From a virus (Duplodnaviria; Heunggongvirae; Uroviricota; Caudoviricetes), in IMG/VR virus record IMGVR_UViG_2731957841_000003: a stretch of DNA of 29,158 nt; one strand, 5' to 3'. Shown here piece by piece: positions 1 to 9,796 of the stretch (position 1 is the stretch's first letter; every line of letters begins with the position of its first letter). Below the pieces are notes generated by a model. That model saw nothing but the letters and a program-made list of their open reading frames with translations. It did not search any database and was not told where the DNA came from. The position numbers and the translations under genes are program-made.

Positions 1-79
1 GTCATAGAACTTCCATTATTCTCCTGAAGATAATAATCGCCAAATAAACCAATACTCAGCTTTACAATATACTAACTAA

Positions 80-113
80 CCGCAGAACGTTATTTCATAC
101 AACGTTTCTGCGG
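80..113 (-). terminator. Stem-loop (12-bp stem with one bulge) just downstream of the tail fibre gene; possible terminator or structured element
   Basis: Inverted repeat ccgcagaacgtt / aacgtttctgcgg with a 9-nt loop, about 200 nt downstream of the stf stop. No clean U-tract follows on either strand. Confidence 0.3.
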
Positions 114-311
114 CATATCACAAAACGATTACTCCATAACAGGGACAGCAGGCCACTCAATATCAGGTGCAGTTGATGTATCAACACGGTTCAGCAACAC
201 CCGATACTTCTTCCAGGCTTCCAGCAACGAGTTTTCTTCCTCCGTTGCGATCTCCAGCTCAACAACAGTCTGAACGTACCAGGAACAGCCTCCTTCAGGG
301 CTTGAAGGATA

Positions 312-3300
312 TCAATGTTCGCTTCCTGTTAACTGCCCGACAAGTGCAACCAGTTCGCTTACCTGATTTTCCAGAGTGCTGATCCGGGTGCCTGCTGTTG
401 CCATATTTTTACGTAGCGTTATGTTTTCCTCTTCCAGCGCGGTAACGCGACCATCTGTTTCACGGGCGACCTGAACAAGTAACCCCGTCACGGCGGAGTA
501 GTCAACATTAAGATAGCGAGTTTCTTCGCGTAGCTCGTTGCCGTCAACGGTCGGACCTTGCAACTCTTCACCATAATGAGTAAACGATCCCACAGCTTCA
601 GGTATCGCCTCCATTACTTCCTGTGCAATAACGCCAGCATAAGGCATTCCGTTTTCCTTGAGCGTGTAGGTGTACCCGTTCATTTTACGGATTGCTTTCG
701 TCGCGTCGCTGATAACGCGAATATCGTCTTTAAGGTCGCGGTCTGATGACTGATTCAGCGTTGTGCAATTAATAGCGCCATTTACATCAAACAACTGGCC
801 TGCTGATGTTTTTTGCGCATAAAACAGATACGCAGCAGACGTTCCAACCTCAAAAACGTTTTGTCGATCACTTGATCCCCATACTTTTGCGGCAAATGAT
901 AGTTCTGTATTACCTAAGTTCTGTAAAACAAAACGATTGCCAGTCCCTGATTGCTTTGTAAGGGTTAAATCAACAGTTGAGTTAACCTCATCCTTGTTGA
1001 TAGTGAGCGCCTGCGCTTTAGCCCCGTTAACAGCACCTGTTTTGAGTTGAACCGCGCCGTCATTACCATTTAGCAGTATCTCAGCTCCGCTAAAGAAATT
1101 TTTTAGCGACAGCATCTTACTTACGCCGACTGATGAACCCAACGCCCACGCGAGAGAATTACCGGTGCTATCAAACCCACGTACAAAGCAATCCATTTTG
1201 CTATAGTCTGACGTGCTTCCAAGGACATCAATCCGCCCTCCGCCAGATTTTAACGGGTTAGATGTGGTTAATGACCTGACAGCAAGATCGGTGGATGAAT
1301 TTAGATCGTCTACTGTTAGTAATTTCTTCCATTCCTGCATCGTTCCGTTTTCAACTGTTCTTCCCCAAAAACCGGAATTGCGGCCTCCGAACTGCACAGC
1401 ATAATTTTTACTAAATTGAACATGAATGCCGCCAAGAACCATAGAACCTGCCGGGCCGTTTGTACTGCCTGCGATTGGTCTAAATTTGTCGACGTTATCA
1501 GTATGCTGAGAGTTCCAGTCATGACCTGTTAATGTTGCGATTCCTGAGTTAGCTGTAATTAACCCAGACGCTTTAAGATTTTGCACATCAATTCTGTCGT
1601 TTGCGAAATTATATGCAATTGCGTTACTAACGCTTCCGGCATCATCATAATCGCGTTTCTGAATAAACCAGTCGCCAGCATTAGCAATGAGAGTATAAGT
1701 AGGCGTGTTAGCCGGGCGATCTGTTTCATTAAATCTTATTGCTGGGTTAGCGCTCCTTATTTGTAAAGGTTTTTCAACCGTTGATTTCAGTATCGCACTA
1801 TCTACAATTAAATTACCTTCTGAGTTAAGGTTTAGATATTTTGAAGCACCAGTTGAACCATCGTATGTAAACCTTATTGTTAATTGACCTGGCTCATTTG
1901 ATAAAGTCTCAACATACATATCAGCACCAAGACGCACAGTGCTGTCAGTTGCTAACAGTCTTGTATGGAGAATACCACTAGATGTGTATGTATTGGTCGA
2001 ATCACTATATCTATCAAGAAATAGACTGTTAAGTTGAGGGCTATTACTCCTGCCTAATCCAAGATTCGTTCTGGCACCATCAATAGTTGCCGCACCAGTG
2101 CCACCATGAGAAACATCAAGCGGTATCCATTCTTTTTGTGTATCGCTGTAACAACCCCATGATGAGGCGGTTAAACCCAGGCGCATGGATTTATCATGGT
2201 TATATAACCATGTTTCGCTATTCAATTGGTCAAGACGGTCCACTTCATTTTTGCGAGCGTGGCGTGTCCATTGCGGGCCTATTGTCGGACTCCAGCGATA
2301 GGTATAAAGCGAGCGAGTAGTCCATCCCTGAAATACACCTGTATACGCTGGTGTTCCATCTACCTGACTAATAAAACCAGTAAGATTACCTTCGCCTGAT
2401 GCAATAGACGGAAAACCTGTTGCGGAAGCAAAAATGCGCATAAAGCCAATATAACCGGATGGATCACCGGAAATATCAGGACAATTGCGCGGTGATGATC
2501 CCAAACCGATGTTAGCACCAACAATACCCTGAGCATGGTTGCGATAATTAAGTGCGTCCGCCGCAGATTTCGCCGCGTTTGTTTCACTGGATTTAGCATT
2601 AGTTTCGCTGGCTTTAGCGTTGGTTTCGCTGCTCTTTGCTGCTGCCTCGCTATTTTTCGCGTTGGTTTCTGATTTTTTGGCTGCTGTCGCGGAGTTTGCC
2701 GATGCAGTTTGTGAGTCTGCTGCCGCCTGTGCGCTGTTATCCGCATTCGTCTCAGACGTTTTTGCGGCCTTCGCGGAATTTCCTGCCGCCGTTGCCGAGG
2801 AAGCTGCACTACTGGCACTTGATGATGCGTTCGTTTCTGATGATTTCGCTGCCTCTTTTGAGGCCGCCGCATCCCGGGCTGAGGTGGCAGCTTCTGACGC
2901 TTTCGTGGTCGCGGTGGATGCAGAAGTGGCGGCTGATTGTTGTGACGCTGCCGCATTCGTTTCTGACGTTTTCGCCGCACCGGCACTGGTGGCCGCCGCG
3001 CTTTTTGAGGACTCTGCAGCGGCAGCACTTTTTGATGCTTCAGTAGCCTTTGTTGATGCCGTTCCTGCGCTGGAAGACGCTGACTGAGCCGACGTCGCGG
3101 CCTGCCCGGCTGATGTGCTGGCTGCACGTGCTGAGCCTGCAGCATCAGTCGCATGGGTTGCCGCCTCACGGGCTGATGTACCGGCATCGCTGGCTGACTT
3201 CTTCGCGGCTGCCGTGTTCTGTGCCACTGCGGACGCGTTACGCGCCACCTCTTCCACCATCAGTTCAAAGCGGCGCAGTGCCTCCGGACGGGCATCATCC

Positions 3301-3485
3301 TCCGTCATAGCACCGAGAAAATCATTCAGCGTACCCGGTTGTGAGTCTTCATACACGGTGATGGTCCCGGCATGCGATGGCGGGAACCATGTTATCCAGT
3401 GACGAGAAATACGTGTTCTGCTTACCGTTATCCGTTGTCTGTGTGCGGGGAGTTCTGGCTTTCGGTGCCAGCATCTGAGCCACAC
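312..3485 (-). CDS. stf: Side tail fibre protein (lambda Stf-like) with Ala/Ser/Thr-rich repetitive shaft and C-terminal intramolecular-chaperone-like domain; extreme N-terminus is chimeric
   Basis: 1057-aa ORF. From about residue 34 (FPPSHAGTITVYEDSQPGTLNDF...) it matches my recollection of lambda Stf; the first ~33 codons overlap gene I in another frame. Long KTSETNA-type repeats. C-terminal ~150 aa resemble the self-cleaving chaperone domain of endosialidase/L-shaped tail fibres (recollection). Confidence 0.85.
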   Translation of the reverse strand: MWLRCWHRKPELPAHRQRITVSRTRISRHWITWFPPSHAGTITVYEDSQPGTLNDFLGAMTEDDARPEALRRFELMVEEVARNASAVAQNTAAAKKSASDAGTSAREAATHATDAAGSARAASTSAGQAATSAQSASSSAGTASTKATEASKSAAAAESSKSAAATSAGAAKTSETNAAASQQSAATSASTATTKASEAATSARDAAASKEAAKSSETNASSSASSAASSATAAGNSAKAAKTSETNADNSAQAAADSQTASANSATAAKKSETNAKNSEAAAKSSETNAKASETNAKSSETNAAKSAADALNYRNHAQGIVGANIGLGSSPRNCPDISGDPSGYIGFMRIFASATGFPSIASGEGNLTGFISQVDGTPAYTGVFQGWTTRSLYTYRWSPTIGPQWTRHARKNEVDRLDQLNSETWLYNHDKSMRLGLTASSWGCYSDTQKEWIPLDVSHGGTGAATIDGARTNLGLGRSNSPQLNSLFLDRYSDSTNTYTSSGILHTRLLATDSTVRLGADMYVETLSNEPGQLTIRFTYDGSTGASKYLNLNSEGNLIVDSAILKSTVEKPLQIRSANPAIRFNETDRPANTPTYTLIANAGDWFIQKRDYDDAGSVSNAIAYNFANDRIDVQNLKASGLITANSGIATLTGHDWNSQHTDNVDKFRPIAGSTNGPAGSMVLGGIHVQFSKNYAVQFGGRNSGFWGRTVENGTMQEWKKLLTVDDLNSSTDLAVRSLTTSNPLKSGGGRIDVLGSTSDYSKMDCFVRGFDSTGNSLAWALGSSVGVSKMLSLKNFFSGAEILLNGNDGAVQLKTGAVNGAKAQALTINKDEVNSTVDLTLTKQSGTGNRFVLQNLGNTELSFAAKVWGSSDRQNVFEVGTSAAYLFYAQKTSAGQLFDVNGAINCTTLNQSSDRDLKDDIRVISDATKAIRKMNGYTYTLKENGMPYAGVIAQEVMEAIPEAVGSFTHYGEELQGPTVDGNELREETRYLNVDYSAVTGLLVQVARETDGRVTALEEENITLRKNMATAGTRISTLENQVSELVALVGQLTGSEH
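2560..3200 (-). repeat. Imperfect tandem coding repeats inside the tail fibre shaft (SETNA/KSAA-type units)
   Basis: Recurring DNA units such as gcgttggtttc[g/t]ctg / tttagc... on the plus strand, matching the repeated protein motifs ...KTSETNA...KSSETNA... Confidence 0.6.
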
Positions 3486-3909
3486 CGCCCAGGATCATAC
3501 TGGCCCCTGCCGCATACATGCCCGATACAGCCGCGGTACCCAGCCAGCCCACAGGGTTCCACCATGCCACCGCAATCAGCGCCGCACCCAGCACTGCCTG
3601 AAAAACACCGCCACTTTTAGCTCCCGCCAGACGCGGCACAATGTGGATCACGGCACCATTTGCCAGCGGCTCATTAAGACGGGCAGATAATTCATTTTCT
3701 CCTGCATCACGCCCGACAATGCGCACCTGATACCAGCCGTCGCTCAGTTTCTGACGAAACGCCGGGAGCTGTGTGGCCAGTGCGCGGATGGCTTCAGCCC
3801 CCGTTTTCACACGAAGGTCGATGCGGCGGCCAAATCGTTGTAAATCCCCGTAAAGGCAGATGCGTGCCATTCCCGGTGACGCCAGAGGGAGTGTGTGCGT
3901 CGCTGCCAT
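3349..3909 (-). CDS. I: Tail tip assembly protein I-like, C-terminus replaced after ...SSLDNMV (deletion junction)
   Basis: 186-aa ORF starting MAATHTLPLASPGMARICLYGDLQRFGRR..., which I recognise as lambda gpI. Lambda gpI is 223 aa by memory; here the frame diverges after DNMV and stops 11 codons later. Confidence 0.8.
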   Translation of the reverse strand: MAATHTLPLASPGMARICLYGDLQRFGRRIDLRVKTGAEAIRALATQLPAFRQKLSDGWYQVRIVGRDAGENELSARLNEPLANGAVIHIVPRLAGAKSGGVFQAVLGAALIAVAWWNPVGWLGTAAVSGMYAAGASMILGGVAQMLAPKARTPRTQTTDNGKQNTYFSSLDNMVPAIACRDHHRV

Positions 3910-4549
3910 TTGTCGGTGTACCTCTCTCGTTTACTCAGTTGTTCAGGAATATGGTGCAGCAGCTCACCGTCACCACAGTAAATGGCGGCATGATTCGGCA
4001 CCGATGAACCAAAACAGCACAGCAGCACGTCGCCAGGCTGCGCCTCTGTCAGTGGGACACGGTAAAAACCCGTTGCCTCCATATTGTCAAGATAGAGATT
4101 CTGGCCGTGACGCCACCAGTCATCCCCGCGATGAAAATCCGGCATCTCAATTCCCGCCAGATGGTAAGCGTCCCGGAACAGCGTGTAACAGTCCGTCACC
4201 CCGTGCTCAAAGCGCCGCCCGGTGAGATGCGGCACACAGAGGAATTTATGAATCGCCCCCGGCAGACCAGCCACCACGGCAAATCACTCTGCACCTGCAG
4301 CCGCCGGTCGGCCTCACTCAGCCAGGGCAGACCACCGGGGTGGCTGTGGACCAGCGCCACAATCTCTCCCTGCATTTCTGCCTGCAGCCAGTCTTCCGGC
4401 GACATACGGAAATACGCCTCCGGCTCACCGGAGATATTCACGCAGGGGAAATATCTTTCCCCCTCCGGCGTGCTTACCACGAAGCCGCACGACTCCGCTG
4501 GCGCACATCGCCGGGCGTGCGCCAGAATCGCTGATTCTGTCTGTGTCAT
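3807..4549 (-). pseudogene. K: Tail assembly protein K-like (MPN/JAMM HSHPGG motif plus NlpC/P60-like C-terminal part), split by a frameshift into ORFs 4196..4549 and 3807..4277
   Basis: N-terminal ORF ends ...DLPWWLVCRG then out-of-frame tail; C-terminal ORF continues ...IHKFLCVPHLTGRRFEHGVTDCYTLFRD... in another frame. The frame switch maps to the C5 run at 4256..4260. Confidence 0.7.
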
Positions 4550-4554
4550 GGGAT

Positions 4555-5253
4555 TTACTGCGAAAGTTTGTTAATGGAAAGGAAGCCGCCAAAGTTGCCG
4601 ACGTTATTGCGAAACTTACAGCCGCTCAGGCATTTGCTGCATTTATCCTTCGTGATATCGGACGTCGGCTGGTCATATTCATCCGCGACTGCCGGACCGT
4701 GATAACCGCACTCATCACCGCGATAGGTCCAGGTGCAGGTGTTGGCCAGCATGATACGTCCCGGAAAAACAGCGCCGTCCGTTTCCGTCGGTGTGGAGAG
4801 CACAAAGGAGGCACTGACCGCGCTCAGTTCGCTGCACTGCTCGATGCGCCAGCGGCTGATCACCTCCTGCTCCGGATCGGCGTCACTGTTTCCGTTGACG
4901 AAGTTCACCGCATCCAGAAAACGGGCGTAAACCTTACGCCGGACCACCGTTCCGCCGACCAGACTCTGCAGATCTTCCGCCATCCCGGTGATCATGCCGT
5001 GCAGGTTAGAGACCGTCAGTGTCGGACGGGCAGCACTGCCCTTGCCGTTCATCTCAAATCCACTCCCCTGAATGGGATAGGCCTGATACTGCCGACTCTG
5101 CCAGGTGACCGACTCACCTTTTTCGTTCTGCTCATTACAGAAAAAGTAGCGATCCCCGCCTACCTCGGTCAGGTCGATTTCCCAGAGCACCACGCTGGCC
5201 GACTGCTCCGCACGAATGCATTCATTCAGCGTTTCCTGTTGTATGTCCTGCAT
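4555..5253 (-). CDS. L: Minor tail protein L
   Basis: 232-aa ORF; sequence and length match my recollection of lambda gpL; position between M and K. Confidence 0.85.
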   Translation of the reverse strand: MQDIQQETLNECIRAEQSASVVLWEIDLTEVGGDRYFFCNEQNEKGESVTWQSRQYQAYPIQGSGFEMNGKGSAARPTLTVSNLHGMITGMAEDLQSLVGGTVVRRKVYARFLDAVNFVNGNSDADPEQEVISRWRIEQCSELSAVSASFVLSTPTETDGAVFPGRIMLANTCTWTYRGDECGYHGPAVADEYDQPTSDITKDKCSKCLSGCKFRNNVGNFGGFLSINKLSQ

Positions 5254-5591
5254 CAGATTACCACTTCGTCAAACTGACACGAAAAATCGGTATAGGTGAT
5301 ATGTTCTGTCGCTGACCACGTTCGACACACCACTCTGATTTTTCTGTTAATACCCGGCGGGCGCCAAAAAAAAGATTTATAGCCTTCATGCCGGGCTAAA
5401 AATTTTTCAAATGAATCACGTTCATTCGCCTCAACTTTGAAATCACAGGTGAAAACGCGCAGAGAATGATTAAGTCCATTTGGACTTCGTTGCTCATAAC
5501 CATCGCCAAATCTTACAGTTTTTATCGATGGTTTATTTTCTGTTTTCATTCCATCCTCTGGTAACCAGTGAAATTCTTCCGTATTAGCCAC
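5253..5591 (-). CDS. M: Minor tail protein M
   Basis: 112-aa ORF with ...VRFGDGYEQRSPNGLN... resembling lambda gpM; start overlaps the tape measure stop and its stop overlaps the L start. Confidence 0.8.
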   Translation of the reverse strand: MANTEEFHWLPEDGMKTENKPSIKTVRFGDGYEQRSPNGLNHSLRVFTCDFKVEANERDSFEKFLARHEGYKSFFWRPPGINRKIRVVCRTWSATEHITYTDFSCQFDEVVI

Positions 5592-8500
5592 TTAACATTC
5601 CCCCATCACGTCGCATATTTAACAGATTGCCCTGCACCCGCTGATCAACCATCCCCATAAGTGCTTTTATTGCCTGAGGGCCAATCTCTCCATTCTGGCC
5701 GTCATTTTGAATAGTGATTTGGTATACAGGGGCATAGGTAATATCTCCGCCTCCATTACCACTTTTACTATTAATAGCTCTGACACCAAGAGAACCATCG
5801 GAAGTTCGTGTTAATGGCATAATGGCTTCCGGACCAGCCTCACCAAAAACACCAGCCCCTCTTGCAAAAGCAAAAAATTGCGGGGAGTCATAAATACCGT
5901 TCGAATACGTGTTCAATGACGGAGACTCATAAACACCGCCCTTTGCATTCGGAATAAATTTACTAATAGCACTCCCGATAGTTCCTAAAATCCCCCCAGA
6001 AGAACTGTTACTAATGCTGTCGAAAATCCCAGTAATTGAAGCCTTTAATGCTATTCGACTAAGATCCGAAATCACGGAAGTAGCGAAAGAACGAAAATTT
6101 GCCTTGCCTGTCGTGACAAAATCACCCAGCGCATCGGTCATTCCATCAAACATCTGAGTCGTGGTTGATTTTATCTGCTCACTGATATCCTTAGTGTCAT
6201 CCAGCCAGTTATTGAATCCCTGGGAGGCACCACTAACCCAGTCTCCTGCCTGAATATCGAGCTGCTCGTTTTTCTGTCTGACAATTTCTTTTTCTCGTTC
6301 CAGAGCATCATTCAGAGCCTGCATTTTCTCCTGAAAAACATGATTTGACATCCCACGGGATTTATCTGCATAGTCACGTTCAAGTTGCAGACGCTGATTG
6401 TTATATTCACGTTCAATCCGCAGTAATTCCTGCTGGCGTTGCTGATTTTTATCGCCAACCCCATAACCAGCAATCTGAATATCATACCCCTGTTGACGAT
6501 TATCAATCGAAGCCTGCAATGAATCACGCCATGCAGCTATTTCGGCGGATTCCTTGATTAGCCTGTTATTTTTTTCAATCGCAACATTTTTCTCCATCAA
6601 CGCGGTTATTTCTTCCCGGTGTAAGAGAAGCGATTTCTGATCCTGGGTTAATTTCGATGACGGTCGTGACTCCAGGTCGGCAATCTGCTGACGCCACTTA
6701 ACCAGTTCCTGTTCAGAGGAACTTAATTTAACGGTTAATTCAGTTTGTGAACTTAGTAACGCATTCTGTTGATTCAGATGATCAATCATTCGTTGGGCAG
6801 CATCATCCGAATAACCTTTCGCCTTTGGTTGCTTTGGATCTTTATAACGTTCATTTATTTGAGCGATAAAATTATTATATTCTTCCTTTGAATACTGACT
6901 CTTTAGCTTTTCCAGTTTTGCAAGTTCACTAGCTCTCTGCTGCTCCCGGGTCTGATATTGTTTTGAAAAGGCATCTGCTCTCTGTCTGAGTTCAATTCCT
7001 TCCTGTTGTCGCTTGTTGTAATCGTTTATTGATGAATTTAGGACGTCCTGAGCAATTTTTTCTGCTTGAAGTACGCCCAATTGCTGCTTTAATCGTGCCA
7101 GCCTTTTATTTTGAGCTCCGCCATCTCCAATGCCACCTAACCCGAAAACTCCGGGTCGGGTATTTTTTCTATTTCATCAATTTGACGGAGAACATCTGAG
7201 ATTTTTTGATCAAGGGAGGCCTCACGGCCAATATCCAGCATGGAATCCCATGCCCATTTTGCGGAGTCTGCGACAGCTTTCCATGCAGTCTCAAGATAAC
7301 CAAGATTTTCTTTAATCTGGTTGGTGCGCTGGATCATTGAGGATGAGTATGCTTCTGTCGCAATGCGGGCGGCCTCCTGCTGGTTCCCTTCATCCTGTAG
7401 CGCCTTAATCTGGTTATAAGTCGCAATTGTCAGAAAATGGTACTGATCATTAAGTTTTGATATGGCACTGACAGGATCCTTTGCAATTTCATTGAAGTCA
7501 TTAACCAGTTGTTCGGTTGATATTCCTGTTACTTCGCTCGTTTTTACTATCGCTGTCGTCACTTGCTCCAGCGAACTGCTCGCTACCTTTCCCGAACGCA
7601 CAAGCTGGTTTAATACTGCCGCCGCAGCGCCAGTTGTCGAATCAGCCGCATTCCCGGCACGTTGAGCTATATCGGCCAATTGCCCGCTGGTTGTCCCCAA
7701 CTGATTTCCGGTAAGAATAAGAGATTTATTAAATTCGTCCTGCTCCTGAGAGCCTTTATAGTAAGCCAGCCCTAAGACGCCAACGGCTGCTGCGGCCAGG
7801 GTAAAAGGATTAATTAATCCCAGCACATAAGAACCAACACCTTTGATCGCCGGGCCAATCCCACCGAACATATCTTTTAGCTGGCCGCCCTGCTGCATTA
7901 ACACCATAAAAGGCGACTGACCAGTGGACAACCCAACAACAATATCCGTCATTTGTGCAGGCAACATGCGCATAGCAAAAGCCGTTTGTTTTGCCGACAT
8001 TCCGGTTTTGCTTAATTGAGATTGAGTAACCTCAAGCTCACTCCGCATAGCACGAAGTTTTCCAGAAAGTTCCTCATACATTTCAGGAGAGAGCATCCCC
8101 TTAGCTTTTGCTTCATTGAGCTGTTTCTGTTGTTCTACCAGACGATTAAAAGCAGTTCCGACAGGGTCAAGTTGAGCAATCAGACGTTGCAAAGCAGCAA
8201 CCTGTTCATCATGCGCTTTTGCTGCTTCTCGCTCTGCCTGAGCCTCTCCGGTAAGCTCTCGCCGTGTTTCCTGTATTTTTCGGCTATAATTCTCAAACTG
8301 AGAACCATTTATTTTCCCGGATGCAAACGCAGCATTAAGTTCATCCTGCTGTTGTTCAAGATTTCTTAGCGCCGCAGCCAGAGGGTCGATCTTGTCCAGC
8401 ATTCTTTGAAAGGCCTGAGCCTGCGCTTCCTGCTGGGCGGCAGCAAGTTTTCCGGCCTTCTCGGCTTCTCTCTGCGCTTGCGCAACCCCGCTCAATTCCT

Positions 8501-8816
8501 CTGTGGTTTCATTAAGTTTACGGACAAGAAATTCATATTCTTCTTTATCAATAAGCCCTTTATCGAAAAATTTCTTTAATTCAGAATAGCGTCGACCGAC
8601 AGTATCAATTGCGGCACCAACTGGATCAATAGCTGCTTTTAATTTTGCGAGCGCGTTCTTCTCATCTTCTGTTGCCTTAGTCACTTTCCCTGCGCTATTT
8701 GCAGCAGTTTCCCCGGCCTGCGTCATTTTGACTAATGAGGAGGTCAGATTGTCAGCATTATTTTTTGCTCCAGTGCTATCAATAATTATTGCGAGACGCG
8801 AGGTTTGCTCTGCCAT
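5584..8816 (-). pseudogene. H: Tail tape measure protein, interrupted by a frameshift (ORFs 7137..8816 and 5584..7080)
   Basis: Two long coiled-coil-rich ORFs in different frames, both open across 7140..7173. The region contains a T6/A6 homopolymer (7163..7168). Combined length of about 1060 aa and position upstream of M/L/K/I fit a tape measure protein. Confidence 0.75.
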
Positions 8817-8979
8817 TTATTAAAACTCCAGACAACAAAAAGCCCACCGAAGTGGGTTTCAGGCGACATAATAGTAGATATAGCGATTACGAGGCCACGC
8901 AATGCTTTTCTCCAGGAGCATCATCGATTTAATTAAAGACACCATCACATCTCTGTAACAGAGTGTACGTAATTAACAA

Positions 8980-9578
8980 CTACACACACTGATCCTGAAA
9001 ATACTGGTCATCCAGTGCAAAGATCACTGCTTCAAACTCATCGCGCTCAATCAATACCGGATGAGTGGCTAAATATTCATTTATCTCTGTCAGAGATAAA
9101 GGCAAAGGCACCCCGGTCATTCCAGCATAACGTCGGGCACGGGATATTACCGAATAGGCGTACAACAATTCCTTAAGCACCGGGTCTATTTCTGGTTCCG
9201 GTATCGGTGGCAACCTGAGTTTTTCTCGCTTCCATCTTGCCTTTTCCCCCCTTTCTCCCCCGAACTCCGATAACCACCGCTGGGCGGCTATGGCTTTTTT
9301 ATCGTATCCTGCTTCTGCTGCTCTTTACCCTGGGCGATGCTGGCTGCTTCTGCAAGGATCTGCCAGTACAACTCTGGATTCTGCTTAAGCAGCGCGATCC
9401 CTCGTTCTGGCGTATATTCCAGTGCAACCTCAGCACCATTAACCAGTTCACCAACCCCTTTCCAGTCTTTCAGCAGATAACGAGCAGCATTATCAATGAG
9501 TAAATCATCAACAGAATCTACCTCGGAAACCTTTGAAATATCAAACTCCTTCGTTCCGACGTGCAAACTGGCATCCAT
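8980..9578 (-). CDS. GT: Tail assembly chaperone GT-like fusion produced by a predicted -1 ribosomal frameshift at 9294..9300
   Basis: The -1 frame is open from 9324 down to 8980 and joins the G frame at the heptamer (mRNA ...AUA AAA AAG CCA UAG; -1 reading gives KKAIAAQRWLSEFGG...PPIPEPEIDPV...). Conserved G/GT arrangement upstream of tape measure genes. Confidence 0.55.
9288..9578 (-). CDS. G: Tail assembly chaperone, G-like (0-frame product)
   Basis: 96-aa ORF immediately upstream of the tape measure gene; ends ...DTIKKP* with an A_AAA_AAG slippery heptamer in frame 6 codons before the stop. Confidence 0.6.
   Translation of the reverse strand: MDASLHVGTKEFDISKVSEVDSVDDLLIDNAARYLLKDWKGVGELVNGAEVALEYTPERGIALLKQNPELYWQILAEAASIAQGKEQQKQDTIKKP
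9294..9300 (-). other. Putative programmed -1 frameshift slippery heptamer A_AAA_AAG
   Basis: Plus-strand CTTTTTT is AAAAAAG on the minus strand, in the X_XXY_YYZ register of the G ORF, with the -1 frame open downstream. Confidence 0.55.
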
Positions 9579-9598
9579 TTTCTCAATGTGACGACGGA

Positions 9599-9796
9599 TT
9601 AATGCATTACGGGAGCGATACTGATCGTTATCGCTGCTTCACCTTTCGCTCTGCCCTTACGGATGGCCGCATAAAAATCTGTCATTGCTTCCCGATTTTC
9701 TTTCAGTCGGTTCAGATCAACATCCAGAACGTCAGCGATTTGTTGTGCAGTCATCCGGCACGCTGCCAGAGACTCGACTTTCGAATACGGAATCAT
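9599..9796 (-). CDS. Small hypothetical protein with HTH-like segment (possible remnant of a packaging/terminase small subunit gene)
   Basis: 65-aa ORF (…MTAQQIADVLDVDLNRLKE…). Its 5' end overlaps the 3' end of the upstream ORF by 65 nt. Weak call. Confidence 0.25.
   Translation of the reverse strand: MIPYSKVESLAACRMTAQQIADVLDVDLNRLKENREAMTDFYAAIRKGRAKGEAAITISIAPVMH

Noticed and set aside
167-382. 71-aa plus-strand ORF at the left end
   Set aside because: Antisense to the 3' end of the tail fibre gene with no RBS; most likely spurious.
2560-3200. Repetitive DNA that could superficially resemble a repeat array
   Set aside because: Repeat units are imperfect, in-frame coding repeats of the fibre shaft with no spacer/repeat periodicity, so this is not a CRISPR array.
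2360-3310. Several long ORFs (275 aa minus strand; 155, 136, 86 and 95 aa plus strand) inside the tail fibre repeat region
   Set aside because: They are alternative-frame or antisense readings of the Ala/Ser/Thr-rich repetitive stf coding sequence, giving low-complexity Arg/Pro/Gln-rich or Ala-rich artefacts with no start signals.
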